Shown: in pieces, positions 21,371 through 30,202 of the stretch
Layout: each line of letters opens with the position of its first letter
Position numbering within the stretch: position 1 is the first letter of the stretch
Assembly: GCA_934202735.1 (NCBI GenBank)
Contig: CAKPYH010000005.1
Coordinates: 23,126 to 87,125, forward strand
Length of the DNA stretch: 64,000 bases
Source: an uncultured Alphaproteobacteria bacterium
Lineage (GTDB): Bacteria > Pseudomonadota > Alphaproteobacteria > CAAHEQ01 > UBA3637
Reading direction: 5' to 3'
Translations under genes and position numbers: made by a program
Notes under the pieces: generated by a model
Database searches by the model: none
The model's input: the letters and a program-made list of their open reading frames with translations, nothing else
What the model was told of the DNA's origin: nothing

Positions 21371-22318
21371 TTATGCCGAACGCCGCAAACCGGAAATCAG
21401 AGAATCTTCATAATCATCCAAGGTGACAATTTCATAGGCCGATGTATCCGCCATCAACCGCCGCAATAAAGCATTGGTATGCATGTGTCCGGATTTAGAA
21501 CCCGAAAAATGACCGATAATCGGCATACCCAATTGGTATAAATCCCCGACCACGTCCAATGTTTTATGGACCACAAACTCGTTTTCACTACGCGTTCCTT
21601 CGGGATTTATGACTGTATCGCCTTGAACGGCAACGGCATTTTCCAAAGAAGCACCCCGCGCCAATCCCATGGAACGCAACATATCCAATTCTTCCACAAA
21701 GCCGAATGTACGGGCATACGCCACGGAATCTTTAAAGGCCCGCGGGGATAATGTGATGGAGTATTCTTGCCGTCCGATTGCCCGAGACTTTTTGAAGTCA
21801 ATCATGAAATCAATCGTCAAGTCTTTATCCGCCGGATACAAACAGACTTCTGCCCCTTTTCCGTCTTCAAAAACAACTTCTTTCAAAATTTTAACCGCTT
21901 TTAACGGCGCATCTTGGTTCAAAATGCCGGCACATTCAATCAAGGTCACGAAATCCGCCGCCGATCCGTCCATCAAGGGAACTTCGGCCCCGTCCAATTC
22001 TACAAACACATTGGTAATGCCCATCCCCCCCAGGGCCCCCATCAGGTGCTCAATCGTTGCCACCGTTACGCCGGCCGCATTCCCCAAGCACGAACACATC
22101 CGTGTATCCACAATGTGATCGTATTTGGCGGGGATTTTGTTATCCTTATCCGTAATGTCCGTGCGGACAAACACGACACCCGTTCCCACCGGAGCCGGCC
22201 GTAGAGTCATGTGAATTTTTTGACCGCTGTGCAATCCGATACCCACACAAGGGATCGCACTTTGTAATGTTTTTTCACAGTTTCTATATAAAGTCATTGT
22301 TTGTATTTCAGCATTCAT
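21371..22318 (-). CDS. lpxC: UDP-3-O-acyl-N-acetylglucosamine deacetylase
   Basis: CVGIGLHSG, ATIEHLMGAL, FVVHKTLDVVGDL and HMHTNALL are LpxC signature blocks. Confidence 0.95.
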   Translation of the reverse strand: MNAEIQTMTLYRNCEKTLQSAIPCVGIGLHSGQKIHMTLRPAPVGTGVVFVRTDITDKDNKIPAKYDHIVDTRMCSCLGNAAGVTVATIEHLMGALGGMGITNVFVELDGAEVPLMDGSAADFVTLIECAGILNQDAPLKAVKILKEVVFEDGKGAEVCLYPADKDLTIDFMIDFKKSRAIGRQEYSITLSPRAFKDSVAYARTFGFVEELDMLRSMGLARGASLENAVAVQGDTVINPEGTRSENEFVVHKTLDVVGDLYQLGMPIIGHFSGSKSGHMHTNALLRRLMADTSAYEIVTLDDYEDSLISGLRRSA

Positions 22319-22464
22319 TTCGGGGGTTCCTTTCGCTTTTCGGGGTCATCATACAATGAAAGGACGCGAAAATCAAATCAATGATTGTTTCAAATTGTTA
22401 CAAAAGTAAAAAACATCTGAAAGTATATCTATCATTTCGGATATTTTTAACCTATATTTCAGGT

Positions 22465-23427
22465 ATGACAGAAAAGAAAGTAGCCGTTATCGGTGCCTTA
22501 TCCACAATCGGCCGGGCCGTTTTGGATAGTTTTGCCGTCCGCGGATTTAATGCAGATGATATTGTAGCCTTGGATGTTTGTCCGGCAACCGAAGCGCAAG
22601 TGCCCTACGGGGCAGGGACGTTGCCCTTGCAGGGGTTGGATTACCTGGAACATGGTATGGTTCAGGTGACCTGCCTGTGTTTGCATTCGTTGCTGAGTGA
22701 ATACAGTGATCGTATTTTAAGGCATTCTTGTCATGTGATTGATTGTACGGGTGTCTTGAATGACGGTATGTGTGTGGTGGCGGATTTGAACATGGACGAC
22801 TATCTGAAACACCCGACACACCTGATCTCTAATCCGACCAGCTTGACCGTGACGTTATCACAAGTGTTGGCACCGCTTCAAGACACATTCGGTATCCGTA
22901 GCGCCGAAGCCACCGCTTTGCTGTCGGCCGGTGAATTCGGAGGGCCGGCGGTAGATGCGTTGGCCAATCAAACACGCAGTTTTTACACACATGAACCAAT
23001 CGGTGAAGGCCCTTTCGGAAAAGTCCAAGCTTTTAATCTGGTACCCGAGATGTGTCCGTCTTTATCGCATCAAACAACGGAACAGATACGGTCTATTTTG
23101 GGATTGTCTTTGATGGTGTCGGCCTGTTTGACACCGATTTTTCAAGGCGAGTGTTATTTACTGACCGTTCAGACCGAACGCAAATGTACACCGGCTAAAT
23201 TAAGGAAGGCCTTGCCGGAACAATCTATGTGTCGTGTTCCGGAAAAGATGGCACCGGCTTTGACGATTACAACCCTGGATGCCATTGCCGGCGGTTATAT
23301 TTATTTGACGCACTTTGCGCCGGTACCCGGTCATGAACACACTTTCCGGTGTTGGGTACTCTGTGACAGTTTTCGGACCGGGTCGGCTCTGAATGCCGTT
23401 TTGGTGAGTGAAAATCTTTTGTCTTGA
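22465..23427 (+). CDS. aspartate-semialdehyde dehydrogenase-fold protein (USG-1-like), catalytic residues apparently missing
   Basis: N-terminal KVAVIGALSTIGRAVL is Rossmann-like. ISNPTSLTV occupies the place of the Asd IANPNCST active-site block (Cys to Ser). GEC occupies the place of the GHS His block. Confidence 0.65.
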   Translation: MTEKKVAVIGALSTIGRAVLDSFAVRGFNADDIVALDVCPATEAQVPYGAGTLPLQGLDYLEHGMVQVTCLCLHSLLSEYSDRILRHSCHVIDCTGVLNDGMCVVADLNMDDYLKHPTHLISNPTSLTVTLSQVLAPLQDTFGIRSAEATALLSAGEFGGPAVDALANQTRSFYTHEPIGEGPFGKVQAFNLVPEMCPSLSHQTTEQIRSILGLSLMVSACLTPIFQGECYLLTVQTERKCTPAKLRKALPEQSMCRVPEKMAPALTITTLDAIAGGYIYLTHFAPVPGHEHTFRCWVLCDSFRTGSALNAVLVSENLLS

Positions 23428-23459
23428 CATTCCGGTCAAAATGTGAATAAATAGCCGGT

Positions 23460-24899
23460 ATGAAATTTGAACAACGTTTGAAAAATACCTGGCGGCGCGG
23501 TCGTGTGCTGCGTTATCGTGCCTATAAGAAAATAGGGATGGCCCGCCATTGGCGCAAGATTGACCTGTCTTTATTTTTAATGTTTATGTTGTGTGCGGCA
23601 ACGTTTCCGTTTTTTATTTCACCGCGTGTGCCCGATACACCCCCCGCCCCGCCCCAAACAGATACGGAAACAAGTGAAGTGGTACATACGGATTTGGGGG
23701 ATGATCCGGTGGTTCCGGCCCGGCAAAATACCTTGGACGAATTAGAAAAGCGGGCGCAGTTGGGGGAATTGACCATGGATTTGCGGACGCTGGAAAAGGG
23801 GAGCAGTTTGTTGCACCTGTTGTCCGATGCACATGTCCCGCAAAGCGAACGGTTGGATATTGTAGAAGCATTAGAGTTGATGGTGGACCTGAAAGCCTTG
23901 CGTCCCGGCATGTCCTTTATTCTCTTCAAGCAGGCGAACGGTCGTGTGGAAGGTTTATCCGTACAACCGCAAGATGACGAAACGATCGCTGTTGTCCGGG
24001 AAAGCGATGATACATGGACCCCCTTTACGGCGGCGGGGCGGATTGAAACCGAAACCATCCGCCGGCAGGGTACCGTAGAACGCACATTTTCCGGATCGGC
24101 GTTAAAGGCCGGTATTCCCGAATCCATTGTGGCCCAGGTAACGGCGGCTTTGGACGGCGAAGTTGATTTTGCAACCGATATGCGTCCGGCCGATTCTTTT
24201 GATATTATTTTTGAACGTAAAAAGACCCCCAGCGGTTTGGAGATCGGGGGTAAACAGTTGCTCTTTATCGGCCTGAAAATGGCCCAAAAAGAAGTGTATC
24301 GGTATGCCTATACCGCCAAAAACGGAACGACATCTTTTTATGATGCGCGCGGGAAGAGTGGGGAAAAGGCCCTGATGCAACGCCCCTTAAAGGCACGGTC
24401 GCGCGTCTCATCGCCTTATGGTCGCCGGCGGCACCCGATTTTGATGTACGAAATTTTTCATCATGGTGTGGATTTGGCGGCGCCGATGAATACCCCGATT
24501 CAGGCAGCGGCCGACGGTGTCATTACGCAACTGGGGCGTAAAGGCGGCTATGGAAAATATATCCGCATTCGCCACACGGACGGCTATCAAACGGCATACG
24601 GCCACATGAACGGTTATCGGCAGGACCTGAAAGTCGGTAGTAAAGTGAAGCGCGGTGAAGTTATCGGCTATGTCGGCAGTACCGGGCGTTCTACCGGACC
24701 GCATCTGCATTTTGAAGTGATTAAAAACGGCAAGACCGTCAATCCTTTTCGCAAGAATGTTATCGCGGCCAAGCAATTAAAGAACTTTGAATTAGAACAA
24801 TTTTTTGCCGATGCGGCGGCCCTGCACCCCGATTTTGCCGCACATCGGGCCGGTAAAATTCCGCCGGTACCGCCTATGCGTCCTTTTACGGCAAAATAA
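23460..24899 (+). CDS. M23-family metallopeptidase with N-terminal membrane anchor
   Basis: HHGVDLAAPMNTPI, GYGKYIRIRH, and GSTGRSTGPHLHFEV (HxxxD / HxH Zn ligands). One TM segment lies near the N-terminus. Confidence 0.9.
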   Translation: MKFEQRLKNTWRRGRVLRYRAYKKIGMARHWRKIDLSLFLMFMLCAATFPFFISPRVPDTPPAPPQTDTETSEVVHTDLGDDPVVPARQNTLDELEKRAQLGELTMDLRTLEKGSSLLHLLSDAHVPQSERLDIVEALELMVDLKALRPGMSFILFKQANGRVEGLSVQPQDDETIAVVRESDDTWTPFTAAGRIETETIRRQGTVERTFSGSALKAGIPESIVAQVTAALDGEVDFATDMRPADSFDIIFERKKTPSGLEIGGKQLLFIGLKMAQKEVYRYAYTAKNGTTSFYDARGKSGEKALMQRPLKARSRVSSPYGRRRHPILMYEIFHHGVDLAAPMNTPIQAAADGVITQLGRKGGYGKYIRIRHTDGYQTAYGHMNGYRQDLKVGSKVKRGEVIGYVGSTGRSTGPHLHFEVIKNGKTVNPFRKNVIAAKQLKNFELEQFFADAAALHPDFAAHRAGKIPPVPPMRPFTAK

Positions 24900-24976
24900 T
24901 ACATAAGACGTTTTTTTGTTGCAATTTTGAAGAAACGGCGGTATAACAAGGTATCATCGGAAAAAGGAGTTTTTCA

Positions 24977-25762
24977 ATGCGTTTTGATTTATCGTTTGTG
25001 AATAAACTGGGACGAGTGGTTATCAATTTTTTTCAAGCTACCGGCCGGTTGGGGATTTTTTGCGGTGAGGTGGTTTATCACTGTCTGACACCGCCGTTTT
25101 ACGGTCGGGCTCTGTTGCGTCAAATGATAGAAATCGGCTTTTATTCTTTGCCGGTCGTGGCCTTGACAACCCTGTTTTCCGGGATGGTTATTGCTCTGCA
25201 AACCTATACGGGCTTTGCGCAATTTTCGGCGGAAGGGGCTGTGGCGATGGTGGTGTTGATTGCTGTGACTCGGGAACTGGCCCCTGTTATGGCGGGCCTG
25301 ATGGTGGCGGGCCGCATCGGGGCATCCATGGCGGCGGAAATCGGGACGATGCGTGTCACAGAACAAATTGACGCATTGTCAACTTTGTCCACTAATCCGT
25401 TCAAATACTTGATTGTGCCGCGGGTGTTGGCGGGGCTTTTGATGGTGCCGGTATTGGTTTTAATCGGCGATATTATCGGTATTTGCGGCGGTTATATGAT
25501 CGGCATTTATAAATTGGAGTTTAATGCAACAACATATCTGGTCAATACCTGGACGTACCTGAAACCGATGGATGTGATTTCGGGTTTGACCAAAGCGGCT
25601 GTCTTCGGCTTTATTATTACGTTGCTGGGGTGCTATAACGGGTTTCAAAGTCAGGGCGGGGCGCAGGGCGTGGGTCGGGCTACCACCAATGCCGTTGTGT
25701 CTTCCAGTATCCTGATTTTGATTTTCAACTATATTTTGACCGAGATTTTCTTTAATGTTTAG
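24977..25762 (+). CDS. mlaE: phospholipid ABC transporter permease MlaE
   Basis: AAGGAG SD. Multi-TM protein with an MlaE-type pattern (..ELAPVMAGLMVAGRIGASMAAEIGTMRVTEQIDAL..). Confidence 0.9.
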   Translation: MRFDLSFVNKLGRVVINFFQATGRLGIFCGEVVYHCLTPPFYGRALLRQMIEIGFYSLPVVALTTLFSGMVIALQTYTGFAQFSAEGAVAMVVLIAVTRELAPVMAGLMVAGRIGASMAAEIGTMRVTEQIDALSTLSTNPFKYLIVPRVLAGLLMVPVLVLIGDIIGICGGYMIGIYKLEFNATTYLVNTWTYLKPMDVISGLTKAAVFGFIITLLGCYNGFQSQGGAQGVGRATTNAVVSSSILILIFNYILTEIFFNV

Positions 25763-25772
25763 GGGGACCCAT

Positions 25773-26576
25773 ATGATGCGTTTATTCACACGAAATACGG
25801 CCGTTGTTCAACCTAAAATTCACATGGTGGGGGTGGATAAGGCTTTTGGGAAAAAACGGGTCTTGAATCATCTGGATTTGGATGTTTATCCGGGGGAATC
25901 CTTGGTTATTATCGGGGGATCCGGGACCGGCAAGTCCGTCATGTTGAAATGTATTTTGGGCCTGTTAAAGCCGGATGCCGGGAAAATTGCGGTAGACGGT
26001 CGTGATATTTTGTCCTTGACCCGGGGGGAACGGGAACAAGTTATGGGACAGTTCGGCATGTTGTTTCAAAATGCCGCGTTATTTGACGGTTTGTCCGTGT
26101 GGGAAAATGTGGCCTTTTCGTTGATACAAAATCAGAAAATGGACAAAAAAGCCGCCCGTAAAATCGCTATTCAAAAATTGGCTCAGGTGGGGTTAAAAAG
26201 CGATGTAGCCGATGTGTATCCGGCCGATTTGTCCGGGGGTATGCGCAAGCGGGTCGGCTTGGCTCGGGCGATTGCCACCAATCCGCAAGTTATTTTCTTT
26301 GACGAACCGACAACGGGGTTGGATCCGATTATGTCCGATGTGATCAATGATTTGATACGGGATACGGTGCAGCGGTTGGGGGCAACGGCCCTGACCATTA
26401 CGCACGATATGAACTCGGCCCGTAAGATTGCCGATCGGATTGCCATGTTGTATGAAGGCAAGATTATCTGGGTCGGTACGGTCAAGGAGTTGGACAAGAC
26501 CAAGAATCCTTATGTACGTCAGTTTGTGGCCGGCTCGGCCCAAGGTCCTATTCAGATGGAGGTCAAAGTCAAATGA
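25773..26576 (+). CDS. mlaF: phospholipid ABC transporter ATP-binding protein MlaF
   Basis: Walker A GGSGTGKS, signature LSGGMRKR, Walker B VIFFDEPT. AGGGGGA SD precedes ATG 25773. Confidence 0.9.
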   Translation: MMRLFTRNTAVVQPKIHMVGVDKAFGKKRVLNHLDLDVYPGESLVIIGGSGTGKSVMLKCILGLLKPDAGKIAVDGRDILSLTRGEREQVMGQFGMLFQNAALFDGLSVWENVAFSLIQNQKMDKKAARKIAIQKLAQVGLKSDVADVYPADLSGGMRKRVGLARAIATNPQVIFFDEPTTGLDPIMSDVINDLIRDTVQRLGATALTITHDMNSARKIADRIAMLYEGKIIWVGTVKELDKTKNPYVRQFVAGSAQGPIQMEVKVK

Positions 26577-27226
26577 ACAAGCACGATAAAGAAAAACTGA
26601 TGTTAGAATATGATACCCAAATAAAACAGATCATAAAAAAGATGCAGTCTCAGTTGCCGGAACTCAGGAAAAATTATAAAGGGAAAAAGGGACTGATTGA
26701 TCAATGGGCAGGCGTGATGAAAGAAATGGCAGAACTCTGCATAGATACATATACTCCCGGTGAAGAGGCTGATACTCTGACGAGAATGGAAGAAATGATC
26801 AACACGGGAATAGACAGAATCAAACAGAATGTTTCCCCCTTTGATGATGCTGATGATCATACTTCTACGCTAAAAGAGGTATTTAAGCAAATAATAAATG
26901 ACCCCTTGATTAAGGGGCTTGTCTGTTTATTTTTTGCCATACTGTATTCTCTTTTTGCTGTGGGTAAGTGTGGCCCGACGGCGTTATCCGTGGTGCTGGC
27001 ATTGTTTTTCTTTTTTCATGCATTCCGTATTAAGTCTTGGTCTGTGCGAATCAATATGCGGTATTTTTTGGGTTGTATTATCAGTCCGATTATTGGAATA
27101 TACTTAAATAGTTATGTTTATGCACAACCGGATACGGAAAGAAAAATATGGTTATGCGGTTTACCGGTGGTATGTGTTCTGATTTATCGGGGTGTTAAAC
27201 GTCAAAGAAAGGTCAAGGACTTATAA
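26573..27226 (+). CDS. hypothetical membrane protein
   Basis: ATGA overlap with the mlaF stop. AT-richer than its neighbours. The N-terminal half is soluble and charged; the C-terminal half has 3-4 hydrophobic helices. No MCE domain is evident. Confidence 0.6.
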   Translation: MNKHDKEKLMLEYDTQIKQIIKKMQSQLPELRKNYKGKKGLIDQWAGVMKEMAELCIDTYTPGEEADTLTRMEEMINTGIDRIKQNVSPFDDADDHTSTLKEVFKQIINDPLIKGLVCLFFAILYSLFAVGKCGPTALSVVLALFFFFHAFRIKSWSVRINMRYFLGCIISPIIGIYLNSYVYAQPDTERKIWLCGLPVVCVLIYRGVKRQRKVKDL

Positions 27227-28615
27227 ATGGCAAAGCGGACGACACAGTATGTTTGTCAAAATTGCGGGGCTGTGTTTGCCCGGTGGGCCGGCAAGTGTGA
27301 GTCTTGCGGGGAGTGGAATACCTTGAACGAAGAACCGATTCCTGCAACGGATCTGCCCCAAACGACCGCCGGTCGCGGCGGACGCAAGTTGGATTTTTAT
27401 GATTTGCGCGGGGCCCCCGAAATCATGTTCCGCCTGAAATCTCAAATCGGTGAATTGGATCGGGTGTGCGGGGGTGGCTTGGTCCCCGGATCCGTGATTT
27501 TGGTAGGGGGGGATCCCGGGATCGGGAAATCCACCTTGTTATTACAGGCGGTGGCCCACTTGGCCGGGGGAGTCAATCAAGGCGGCCACTCCACCAAATG
27601 CGTTTATATTTCCGGAGAAGAGTCGGTGGATCAGGTGCGCTTGCGGGCCCTGCGTTTAGGGTTGGCCGATGCGGCGGTAGATTTGGCCAGTGCCACAAAC
27701 ATACGGGATATTGTGGCGACATTGGATACCCCGGATTCACCCGATGTTGTGATTATTGATTCCATTCAGACTATGTTTTCGGATACCCTGGATTCGGCTC
27801 CGGGAACCGTGGGTCAAGTGCGGGCGTGCGGGAATGAATTGATACGTTTAGCCAAACGCAAAAATTTTACCTTGTTTTTGGTGGGGCATGTTACCAAAGA
27901 AGGGACTTTGGCCGGTCCCCGAGTGTTGGAACACATGGTGGATACCGTGTTGTATTTTGAAGGCGATCGCGGTCATCACTTCCGTATTTTACGCAGTGTG
28001 AAAAATCGGTTTGGAGCCACGGACGAGATTGGTGTGTTTGAAATGACCGATAAAGGCTTGGCCGAAGTCAAGAATCCCTCGGCCTTATTTTTGGCCGAAC
28101 GGCGGGGCAATATCGCGGGCAGTTGTGTCTTTGCGGGGATAGAAGGGTCGCGTCCGATGTTGGTTGAGATTCAGGCGTTGGTGGCCCCGATGGGCGGGCA
28201 AGCCCCTCGCCGGGCCGTTGTCGGGTGGGATGCGAATCGCTTGGCCATGATTTTAGCGGTGTTGGAAGCACGGTGCGGTATTGCCTTTGGCGGCAAGGAT
28301 GTCTATTTGAACATTGCCGGCGGCCTTAAAATCACCGAGCCGGCCTGCGATATGGCGGTGGCTATGGCCTTGATATCGGGCTTGACCGGGCGACCGGTGC
28401 CGGCCGATATGGCCGTGTTCGGCGAAGTGGGGTTATCCGGTGAAATTCGGGCGGTACCGCAACCGGACTTACGCCTGAAAGAAGCCGAAAAATTGGGCTT
28501 TACGCGGGCCTTGATTCCGCCGCGCCGTTCGGCTAAAAACGAAAAACAATTTTCCAACTTGCGTTTGACCGAAGTCGGCCATTTGCGCACGTTGGCAGAG
28601 TCATTTAGGGAGTAA
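27227..28615 (+). CDS. radA: DNA repair protein RadA
   Basis: Zn finger CQNCGAVFARWAGKCESCGEWNT, Walker A GDPGIGKST, KNRFGATDE motif, Lon-protease-like C-terminus. Confidence 0.97.
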   Translation: MAKRTTQYVCQNCGAVFARWAGKCESCGEWNTLNEEPIPATDLPQTTAGRGGRKLDFYDLRGAPEIMFRLKSQIGELDRVCGGGLVPGSVILVGGDPGIGKSTLLLQAVAHLAGGVNQGGHSTKCVYISGEESVDQVRLRALRLGLADAAVDLASATNIRDIVATLDTPDSPDVVIIDSIQTMFSDTLDSAPGTVGQVRACGNELIRLAKRKNFTLFLVGHVTKEGTLAGPRVLEHMVDTVLYFEGDRGHHFRILRSVKNRFGATDEIGVFEMTDKGLAEVKNPSALFLAERRGNIAGSCVFAGIEGSRPMLVEIQALVAPMGGQAPRRAVVGWDANRLAMILAVLEARCGIAFGGKDVYLNIAGGLKITEPACDMAVAMALISGLTGRPVPADMAVFGEVGLSGEIRAVPQPDLRLKEAEKLGFTRALIPPRRSAKNEKQFSNLRLTEVGHLRTLAESFRE

Positions 28616-28622
28616 AAAAAGC

Positions 28623-29285
28623 ATGTTGGGTTTGATTGATATTCTGTTGGCGATTATGGTTGTGTTATCGGTGCTGTTTGCCCTGTATCGCGGATTGGTA
28701 CGCGAATTATTGGGGATTGCGGCGTGGTTGTTGGCGGGGTTTGCGGCCTTGTACAGTTATAGCCCTTTGCAACCCTTGATGAACAAAATGATTGAAAATA
28801 AAATCATGGCCGGGATTACGGGGGCCTTGATTGTGGCTTTAATCGTGTTGGTGATTATGACCCTGATCAATGCTTGGATTACGGGGCGCTTACGCCAAAG
28901 TGCGTTGAGTGGCCTGGATCGGGTTTTAGGCCTGATTTTCGGTGTGGCGCGGGCGGGATTGCTGGCGGCAATCTTGTACTTGGGGGCAACGATGATGATG
29001 TCGGAAAAACAATTAGATGACTTGGAAAAGCAAAACATATCCGTCCCGTATATTCAAACGATGGCCGGGTGGGTGGAATATGTGATTCCCGCCAATGTCA
29101 AAGAAGATATTGCCGTGTACAAACAGGAAAAGTCCAAACCGGATAAACCTAAAAAAATCGGGATAGACTTGAAAAAAACGGTCAAGGAAAGTTTGACCGA
29201 GTACCAGGAATCGGATAAAAAATCCCTGGATGATATGATTGATAAACTGGAAGGATTAGATGATGACACCGGAAACGTTGATTGA
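28623..29285 (+). CDS. cvpA: CvpA-family membrane protein
   Basis: Four TM helices with a CvpA-like N-terminus (IDILLAIMVVLSVLFALYRGLVRELL) and a charged C-terminal tail. Confidence 0.8.
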   Translation: MLGLIDILLAIMVVLSVLFALYRGLVRELLGIAAWLLAGFAALYSYSPLQPLMNKMIENKIMAGITGALIVALIVLVIMTLINAWITGRLRQSALSGLDRVLGLIFGVARAGLLAAILYLGATMMMSEKQLDDLEKQNISVPYIQTMAGWVEYVIPANVKEDIAVYKQEKSKPDKPKKIGIDLKKTVKESLTEYQESDKKSLDDMIDKLEGLDDDTGNVD

Positions 29286-29676
29286 ACAAGCACGCACCTT
29301 GATACAAAAACGGTATCGGGTAGACGGGCATCATTCGGTGGTGGCGGCGGCCTTGTTAACGCAATCCGGGCGAGTGTATACGGCTTTGAATGCCGGGACA
29401 AACCAACCGTCTATTGCTACCTGTGCGGAAATTATTGCCATCGGCATGGCGAACACGGACGATCCGAATATGCAAATTGATATGATTGTAGCGGTACGGG
29501 ATCGGGATGCGTACATTATTTCCCCCTGTGGTAAATGTCGGGAGTATATTGTGGATTACGGACCGAATGCCCGTGTGATTATGCCGGCCGATAATAAACG
29601 CGGCTATGAAGTAGTGCCGGCTGTTGCGTTGCTTCCTAACAAGTATGTCAAGCGGATGGAACCATGCGAATCATAA
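29260..29676 (+). CDS. cytidine / blasticidin-S deaminase-like zinc deaminase
   Basis: CAE (CAEIIAIG) and PCGKCRE zinc-ligand motifs with spacing typical of small tetrameric CDA-fold enzymes. It overlaps cvpA and rlmH at either end. Confidence 0.75.
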   Translation: MMTPETLIEQARTLIQKRYRVDGHHSVVAAALLTQSGRVYTALNAGTNQPSIATCAEIIAIGMANTDDPNMQIDMIVAVRDRDAYIISPCGKCREYIVDYGPNARVIMPADNKRGYEVVPAVALLPNKYVKRMEPCES

Positions 29677-30125
29677 TCTCGGCGATCGGTCGGATGGGAC
29701 ATACGGGACCCGAGTATATCTTGATGAACGATTATATTCGTAAAACGCGTTGGCCCGTTACGGTGGCGGAAAGTGTGGAAAAACGGTCTTTAACCGGTGA
29801 AGCCTTAAAGCAAGCGGAAAGCAAATTATTGTGGTCTCATGTACCGGCGGGGGCTAAAGTGATTGTCTTGGATGAAAAAGGGCAAGAACCGACTTCTTCT
29901 GAATTGGCGCGTAAAATCGGCCGGTGGCGTGATAACGGTGTGCAAGAGGTTGCTTTCCTGATTGGTGGAGCGGACGGGCATACCGCCGAAACACGCGCCC
30001 GGGCGGATATGATTCTTTCATTCGGTCGCATGACAATGCCGCACCTGTTGGCGCGGGTGGTGTTGGCCGAGCAAATCTATCGGATTAAAAGCATTTTGGA
30101 CGGCCATCCCTATCATCGGGAATAA
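29664..30125 (+). CDS. rlmH: 23S rRNA (pseudouridine1915-N3)-methyltransferase RlmH
   Basis: SPOUT family, about 153 aa. MRIIISAIGR.., LDEKGQ, FLIGGADG. Confidence 0.9.
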   Translation: MRIIISAIGRMGHTGPEYILMNDYIRKTRWPVTVAESVEKRSLTGEALKQAESKLLWSHVPAGAKVIVLDEKGQEPTSSELARKIGRWRDNGVQEVAFLIGGADGHTAETRARADMILSFGRMTMPHLLARVVLAEQIYRIKSILDGHPYHRE

Positions 30126-30130
30126 AAAAG

Positions 30131-30159
30131 TTGCATGATTTGAATTTTCGTGGTATAAT
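30131..30159 (+). promoter_or_regulatory. sigma70-type promoter TTGCAT-17-TATAAT
   Basis: -35 at 30131-30136, 17-nt spacer, -10 at 30154-30159. Downstream are a GGGGAGGA SD and ATG 30203. Confidence 0.6.
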
Positions 30160-30202
30160 AGTGATATAAGATCATTTGATACCACCTGGGGAGGATTTTG
30201 AT

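Noticed and set aside
21064-21469. Short ORFs (85, 75, 112 and 67 aa) in the gap next to lpxC
   Set aside because: They are mutually overlapping, lack SD or recognisable sequence, and partly overlap lpxC. The region is treated as non-coding. I also looked for SRP RNA, 6S, RNase P and tmRNA signature motifs here and could not find them.
23522-24127. 201-aa minus-strand ORF
   Set aside because: It is antisense to the M23 peptidase gene and has no motif or SD.
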